From a virus (taxonomy: Duplodnaviria; Heunggongvirae; Uroviricota; Caudoviricetes), in IMG/VR virus record IMGVR_UViG_3300031994_001875, positions 72,147 to 132,611 of that record: a stretch of DNA of 60,465 nucleotides. The stretch is one strand, 5' to 3'. Below the pieces are notes generated by a model that searched no databases, had not been told where the DNA came from, and saw nothing but the letters and a program-made list of their open reading frames with translations. Shown piece by piece: positions 55,218-60,465 of this stretch. Both the position numbers and the translations under genes were made by a program. The number at the start of each line of letters is the position of its first letter. Position 1 is the stretch's first letter.

Positions 55218-56310
55218 TTTTACTAATTATATAATCTACAACTCGTTGTGTAGATTTATCATCTTTATATAAATGTGTTTTATTTAAACTTTCTGTTCTT
55301 TCATTTTTACTCTTATCTATATTATTTGCTATATCATTTACCCAGTTTATTAAATCTTTATTATTTAACAAATAATCACCTTTTATCCATTCTAAATAAT
55401 TTAAATAGAAACCAACTTTTTTTGAATAATCTACTAAATCTTCTATAATAAGACCTATTGGTTTATTTAAAATGATATATTCTTGATATGCTCCAGAATA
55501 ATCAGTTAGTAAAGCATCGGAATTTCCTAAAATATCACTTGTTGTAATTAAATACTTATTTTTAATAGGTTCATTTACAACAACTATATTTGAATACTTC
55601 AACAAATTTTGATAATTTTTTGCTTGTGCGTGATGCATCTGTATAATAAGTAATGTATTGTTATTTTGTAATACATTATTTAATGTATCACATTCAAGTT
55701 TATTATGTAATGCTGTAAGACCATACTCATACTTATTTTTACCAAAGTGTGAAAAACGATGTTCTCTATATGTAGGTAACCAGCTAATAATTTTGTTATA
55801 TTTTATGTTATTATTTGTTAATTCTTGTATAAATCCATTATATAAATCATTTGGATGAAATAATCTATCAGTAGTTGGCATACCTGTTATTATAAATTTA
55901 TTCTTTAAATAAGAAGGATATGCTTTTTCTTCAATTTTTAACATTTCATCTGATGTTGTAATTATAGCATCTAAATATCCAATATCATTATAATACTTTT
56001 GACATTTTTTTAATGTTAAACCATGTCTTACATGTATTCTAAATACATCTGGTCTTGGCTTTTGTATATATCTATTACTATCAATTATAACTTTCGTTCT
56101 TGCTAAAACATTTCTTTTTTCTTGTGTATCACAACCGTGGAACTTAACTATTTTGTAATTAGTCTTTTCATTAAAATTAGAATATACAGCCCAAACTAAA
56201 TCATATTTTTCTTCATATCCTCTTTTGACAAGTTCATTATAAATCTCCAGTGGTGAACCACTGAAATCTGGATAAGATTCAAATAAAATTATTTGTTTAT
56301 GTTCGTTCAT
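55207..56310 (-). CDS. CDP-glycerol glycerophosphotransferase family (TagB/TagF-like)
   Basis: WLPTYR, SDALLTDYSG, YKDDKSTQRV. Confidence 0.8.
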   Translation of the reverse strand: MNEHKQIILFESYPDFSGSPLEIYNELVKRGYEEKYDLVWAVYSNFNEKTNYKIVKFHGCDTQEKRNVLARTKVIIDSNRYIQKPRPDVFRIHVRHGLTLKKCQKYYNDIGYLDAIITTSDEMLKIEEKAYPSYLKNKFIITGMPTTDRLFHPNDLYNGFIQELTNNNIKYNKIISWLPTYREHRFSHFGKNKYEYGLTALHNKLECDTLNNVLQNNNTLLIIQMHHAQAKNYQNLLKYSNIVVVNEPIKNKYLITTSDILGNSDALLTDYSGAYQEYIILNKPIGLIIEDLVDYSKKVGFYLNYLEWIKGDYLLNNKDLINWVNDIANNIDKSKNERTESLNKTHLYKDDKSTQRVVDYIISKTNL

Positions 56311-56957
56311 ATAATTTTAACCATTCAATTAAATTTTGTGATTTAAATGTACCATTCTTTAAATGGTATATGTATCGGTCAATTTTTATTTTTTGTATAT
56401 TCCAAGTTTTTCTAATATCAGCATAAAAAGAATAACCGGGTATCATATAATCCTACACCGTGTTTTCTAATAGCACATCTTTTTTTATCAAAATAATTTA
56501 TATTATCTGATTTAAATTTATCAACATTAATTAAACAGAAATATGGGAATAATCTATTAGGTGGAAATACATCATAACCAACTTCACCAATACAATCAAA
56601 ATCTTCAAGTGTATCAAGATAATCAAAAAAAGTTTTTATGCTTTTCTTAAAAATAATATCACAATCACATAACAAAACATATTTTGTTTTTATACAATTT
56701 TTTAAAGCATAATCTATACTGGCGCAGTGATTTTGTGATATATTATCTTTAAAATAAGGTGTCAATTTATAATTTTTATTATCAATAACAGTAAATTGTT
56801 CAGCAAAATTACTATCACAAGGCTCTTTATTTCCATTATCAAGAATTACTACTTGTATATCTTTTTTAATTTGTTTAAAAAAGGACATCACCATTATTTT
56901 AAGTAAAAAATTACTATTATATGTACAAGTGAATAAAGTTAAATTATCAGTAATCAT
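56297..56957 (-). pseudogene. glycosyltransferase (GT-A fold) interrupted by one extra base
   Basis: Track ORF 56418-56957 (LCDCD); removing one base at 56438-56440 gives YDTGYSFY...LYERT ending at 56297, overlapping next start. Confidence 0.7.
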
Positions 56958-57604
56958 TCAAACCTCTGTGATTTCACCCATTCAGGTCTATTTTTAGAAC
57001 CAGTTAATGCTTTTGTTTCATCGTGAAAATAACAAGGAAATTTATCACTATAATAAACAGGTTTTATATTATTTTTCATTAAAACAGAAGATATAAAACT
57101 ATCATCCATATTAATGTTTATTCTTTCACTTGTTTTAAATCCTTCTAAAATTTTATCAAATAATTCAGGTGGATAGAATGAAGCAGGTCCGCATAAACAG
57201 AATGGAATTTTAGATAATCTATAAGCAATAGGATTAATTTGTTTTTTATTATCTAACCATTTTTGATAGAGTTCTTCTGCATAATTACAAACATAGATAC
57301 AATCGTCATCTGCACTTATAATTGGAACCGATTTATATTTTTCCATCGTAAAGATTACTTTCTTTATTGATTTCCAATTTCGTTTTACCCATAGAACTTC
57401 TATTAAATCATTATCAATAATGTATTTAAGATTATCAGGTAAATCGTTTTCTTTGTTTGTAAATTCTTCTTCAGCTAAAACTAATACTATATGAAAACCT
57501 GGACAATTTTTCATCAAACTAAATATAGTTTTATCTACTGTTGTAATCCTGGCTTTCCAACTGGTCAATGAAATAATTGCTTTTTCACCATTATATTGTT
57601 TCAT
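56954..57604 (-). CDS. glycosyltransferase (GT-A fold)
   Basis: ISLTSWKARI, ISADDDCIY DxD. Confidence 0.75.
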   Translation of the reverse strand: MKQYNGEKAIISLTSWKARITTVDKTIFSLMKNCPGFHIVLVLAEEEFTNKENDLPDNLKYIIDNDLIEVLWVKRNWKSIKKVIFTMEKYKSVPIISADDDCIYVCNYAEELYQKWLDNKKQINPIAYRLSKIPFCLCGPASFYPPELFDKILEGFKTSERININMDDSFISSVLMKNNIKPVYYSDKFPCYFHDETKALTGSKNRPEWVKSQRFE

Positions 57605-58284
57605 TTCATAGCCTTTAAAACTCTGTTAATTTCTTTATAAGCATTTACAACTCTTGCTGTATCATAAACATCACTCATTGGATTTTTATTTCCTGAATTA
57701 GGACAAACTGGGTTGAAACTTGTTAGATAATCTTTTTTATTACTATGTTTTGCTTTACTTAAAGCACCACCAAATTTTAAAATATAACCACGCATATAAT
57801 GGTCAGATATACTATATGAAATCATTTTATCAGTTACACTTTGCCAAAAATTTTCTTTGAAAATTTTGCTACGATAAATCATACAATATCCGTGGAAAGC
57901 ATCGTGGATTAAACAATAAGCATCGGCTGAACCTAATCGTTTAACCATTGTTTCAATATAATTTTTATTATAAAGCCAATCATCATCTACAGTTAAAACA
58001 TAATAATCTTCACCATAGTATTTTTGTAATACAGGAATGAATTTCTTAAATACTTTTGTATTTTTTTCAACCCAATTAATTTGAATTACACCTTCATTTA
58101 ACATAGTAACCAAATCTTCAGGTAAATCTTCTTCCATATTTGGGAACTCTTCCAAAGCCAAATTTACTTCAATACTATCAGGTTGTACAGTTTGTTTCAA
58201 TAATGAATAAACCACATGACTTACATTTCCTATTCTTTTCGTCCAGGAAGTCATTGAAACAATTACTCGCTTATTATTAATCAT
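57601..58284 (-). CDS. glycosyltransferase (GT-A fold), paralog of previous
   Basis: VSMTSWTKRI, LTVDDDWLY. Confidence 0.75.
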   Translation of the reverse strand: MINNKRVIVSMTSWTKRIGNVSHVVYSLLKQTVQPDSIEVNLALEEFPNMEEDLPEDLVTMLNEGVIQINWVEKNTKVFKKFIPVLQKYYGEDYYVLTVDDDWLYNKNYIETMVKRLGSADAYCLIHDAFHGYCMIYRSKIFKENFWQSVTDKMISYSISDHYMRGYILKFGGALSKAKHSNKKDYLTSFNPVCPNSGNKNPMSDVYDTARVVNAYKEINRVLKAMK

Positions 58285-58335
58285 AATTTCACCAATCTCT
58301 TAAACAATGTTATATGTATTAATTTTTATAAATTC

Positions 58336-58722
58336 CTAATAACTAAATGCGTCAGTCCATTCGTCCATTACATCACTTGCCCATCTATCAAGTTTATCTG
58401 TAATGTCAATTTTACCTTGTTTGTCAATTCTTACATTTTGTGATAAATCGTTGAATGTATCTTCAAAATTACCATAATTCAATGTAACTCTTAATATATC
58501 AGTTTTATGATTATATTCACATATCACAGTAACATCGTGAATACCATCACTCAATGTATAAGCAACAGTATTTGGTGTAGTAGATTTAATTTGGTGGGCT
58601 TCTTCTAACTCAAATGTTCGTAGAAGAACTTCGCTTAAATTTTCTACTAAATTACTTATATTGACTTTTTCTACGAGATAGCCAGCAGTTTTTAAGTATG
58701 TAATGGACTCGTGTAAATTCAT
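58336..58722 (-). CDS. leader-family protein, possible internal head protein
   Basis: MNLHESITYLKTAGYLVE. Confidence 0.7.
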   Translation of the reverse strand: MNLHESITYLKTAGYLVEKVNISNLVENLSEVLLRTFELEEAHQIKSTTPNTVAYTLSDGIHDVTVICEYNHKTDILRVTLNYGNFEDTFNDLSQNVRIDKQGKIDITDKLDRWASDVMDEWTDAFSY

Positions 58723-58725
58723 AAA

Positions 58726-59004
58726 TTACCCAGCAAAATAATTTTCAAGTTCAGCTAAATCGTTAGCAATAAGAACCCATTGGTCGCCCTTTCTTATAGC
58801 CAATCCACCTTTAGATGTCATTAAATATCTATCAGCTTTACGAATACCTTTTGTTTTACAAGTAAATGTTGTTCTAAATTGACTATCGCTGTATTCATCT
58901 ACTACATCATAATTTCGTGAAAGAACATTGTAGATTTCTTTACTTGTTGATTCACAAATAAAACCATGTTCTTTCAATACTTCAAATGATTCTTGTAAAT
59001 TCAT
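58726..59004 (-). CDS. leader-family protein, possible internal head protein
   Basis: MNLQESFEVLKEHGFICE. Confidence 0.7.
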   Translation of the reverse strand: MNLQESFEVLKEHGFICESTSKEIYNVLSRNYDVVDEYSDSQFRTTFTCKTKGIRKADRYLMTSKGGLAIRKGDQWVLIANDLAELENYFAG

Positions 59005-59006
59005 AA

Positions 59007-59492
59007 TTAACCCTTCTTTGCTGCTTCTTTTGCCATTTCTATAATTTCAACGGCACAATCATCTGGTGAACTGCCAGCATCAAAATAATCTTTCATAGTT
59101 TCTTTAACTATATCAATATATAGTTCCCAAGAAATACTTGCTCTCAATTCGTCAAAATTTTTATACCATTTTTGAGTCTTTATCCAATTATTTAAGTTCT
59201 TTTTAACTTGTAATTTGTATTGCCAAAATTCAAAATGTTTGTTGGATTCACAAATGTAGCCATTATCTTTTAATGTTTCTAATGCTTCAGTGAGTTCGGT
59301 GGATTCTTGAACTTGTTTTAACTGTTTTCCGCACATTGGGCAAAAGTTTACTTCAAAATCAGTATCACTACTTTCGTCAAAACCATCAAAATCTACACTC
59401 AAAGTAGTTCCTCTTTCATCTGACCATTTTGTCATATAGATGGCGAATTTACCACTATTCTTTCTATCACTGCCTTCGCAAAATTTACACAT
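59007..59492 (-). CDS. Zn-ribbon domain fused to leader-family protein
   Basis: CKFC...CPMCG then ELTEALETLKDNGYICE. Confidence 0.7.
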   Translation of the reverse strand: MCKFCEGSDRKNSGKFAIYMTKWSDERGTTLSVDFDGFDESSDTDFEVNFCPMCGKQLKQVQESTELTEALETLKDNGYICESNKHFEFWQYKLQVKKNLNNWIKTQKWYKNFDELRASISWELYIDIVKETMKDYFDAGSSPDDCAVEIIEMAKEAAKKG

Positions 59493-59495
59493 AAA

Positions 59496-59873
59496 TTATT
59501 CCTTATCTTGTTTTCTAAATATGCGTTTAATGGTAATTTCCAATCTATCATAAGTACAGGTCTTTGAACCATATCCATTAATAGTGTAATTTATTTCAAT
59601 TTCTTTACCATTTACATAATAATCAAATGAACCACCATCTTCAAATTCTGTAACCAAATACCATTCATCACCATTAGCATAAATGTTGTATTTAGTTCCG
59701 GTAATTCCGAGTTTACGATAAATAGATTCTACTTTTATACCCAATGAGAATAACTCTGATTTAATCTTTTGTAGTTGTTCTATTTTGTTGTCAATATATC
59801 TGGTATCAACTAATGATTCTTCCATTAGTAAGCCATTCTTATTTAAAATTCTTTGAGCTTCGCTTAATTTCAT
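59496..59873 (-). CDS. leader-family protein, possible internal head protein
   Basis: MKLSEAQRILNKNGLLME. Confidence 0.7.
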   Translation of the reverse strand: MKLSEAQRILNKNGLLMEESLVDTRYIDNKIEQLQKIKSELFSLGIKVESIYRKLGITGTKYNIYANGDEWYLVTEFEDGGSFDYYVNGKEIEINYTINGYGSKTCTYDRLEITIKRIFRKQDKE

Positions 59874-59888
59874 TGTAAATTCTCCAAA

Positions 59889-60203
59889 CTATGTAGGCAT
59901 ACTTGTATCTAATACAAGTTTACCATTACAATTTTCAACACTGCCTTCACGGTTTGTATATCCTAAGTATTTTAGCTTCTTTCCTGATTTATCGCAAGCG
60001 TAATAAAGATAATCTCCATAATCTTCATCACATTCTTCAAGATAAAATTCAACATCACTCAAAGTATCGTAATAGTAATTGTTGTTATAACTAGACATGG
60101 ACTTTACCCAGTGCCAATTACTACAGTCAATCTCAGTTGTGTTAGTAGCTTCTAAAAGATAGCCATTGTTCTTTAAGACTTCTTCTGCTTCTCTTAATTC
60201 CAT
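59889..60203 (-). CDS. leader-family protein, possible internal head protein
   Basis: MELREAEEVLKNNGYLLE. Confidence 0.7.
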   Translation of the reverse strand: MELREAEEVLKNNGYLLEATNTTEIDCSNWHWVKSMSSYNNNYYYDTLSDVEFYLEECDEDYGDYLYYACDKSGKKLKYLGYTNREGSVENCNGKLVLDTSMPT

Positions 60204-60205
60204 AC

Positions 60206-60465
60206 TTACCCCATTGTTGCAATGTTTCTAATATCTTCTAATGTAGCATCAGGATAATCTTTCTTAATTTCCTTATAATCGTCAAAACTATCAAGTTTGC
60301 AGTATTTTCTAATGTATGCTTGTAATGATGGTTCAAAACCACATCCACCTTTACCAAATGTGAACCAGTGTCTTTTACCATTCAATTTAAATTCACATTC
60401 CCAACCATATAAGGTTTTCCATAATGGACTTCTAATACTTCTGTTTGCGTGAATGTCAATGTCTT
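60206..60465 (-). CDS. hypothetical protein, 5' end outside window
   Basis: Open frame ...WKTLYGWECEFKLNGKRHWFTFGKGG...NIATMG*. Confidence 0.6.
   Translation of the reverse strand, partial: DIDIHANRSIRSPLWKTLYGWECEFKLNGKRHWFTFGKGGCGFEPSLQAYIRKYCKLDSFDDYKEIKKDYPDATLEDIRNIATMG

Noticed and set aside
1-60465. Stop-codon reassignment (TAG to Gln) as in some gut megaphages
   Set aside because: Long genes are intact in the standard code, TAG ends sensible genes (24334, 22747), and reading through the UvsW TAG reaches TGA within about 10 codons without joining the helicase.
1-60465. tRNA, rRNA, introns, inteins or homing endonucleases
   Set aside because: No cloverleaf/T-loop signature in the short intergenic gaps, no HNH, GIY-YIG or LAGLIDADG motifs, and ligase and helicase lengths leave no room for insertions; a covariance search was not run.
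1-60465. Naming a specific host genus
   Set aside because: SD usage, SLT and signal peptides fit a diderm host, but nothing in the window is diagnostic without database searches.

Overview
60 kb AT-rich segment of a large tailed dsDNA phage, most likely a T4-superfamily (jumbo-type) myovirus: gp14-like neck protein, UvsW helicase, TATAAATA late-promoter-like sites. Standard genetic code; host not identifiable from sequence. About 120 mostly minus-strand, tightly coupled ORFs. Recognisable functions: NAD salvage (PncA, PncB, NadD-Nudix fusion), a LigA split into two distant genes, CoaD, Nudix hydrolase, lytic transglycosylase, M15 peptidase, metallophosphoesterase, DNA methyltransferase, RelA/SpoT-type HD hydrolase, a virion module, and a glycan/CDP-alcohol modification island. 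Three features are not explained by these annotations. (1) About 36-40 otherwise divergent small early genes all end in an amphipathic helix with a C-terminal hydrophobic-x-x-hydrophobic-x-x-D-F motif. (2) Eleven sigma70-type promoters (TTGACA-17-TATATT) each carry a perfect TGTAAA-N6-TTTACA palindrome (identical to the TyrR-box consensus), 19 or 9-10 bp upstream of the -35, and several have the -35 inside a terminator hairpin. (3) A family of proteins shares an 18-aa leader ending in (L/I)-x-E, resembling T4 capsid-targeting/prohead-protease leaders. No tRNA, rRNA or CRISPR array was seen. A few single-base frameshifts may be assembly errors.
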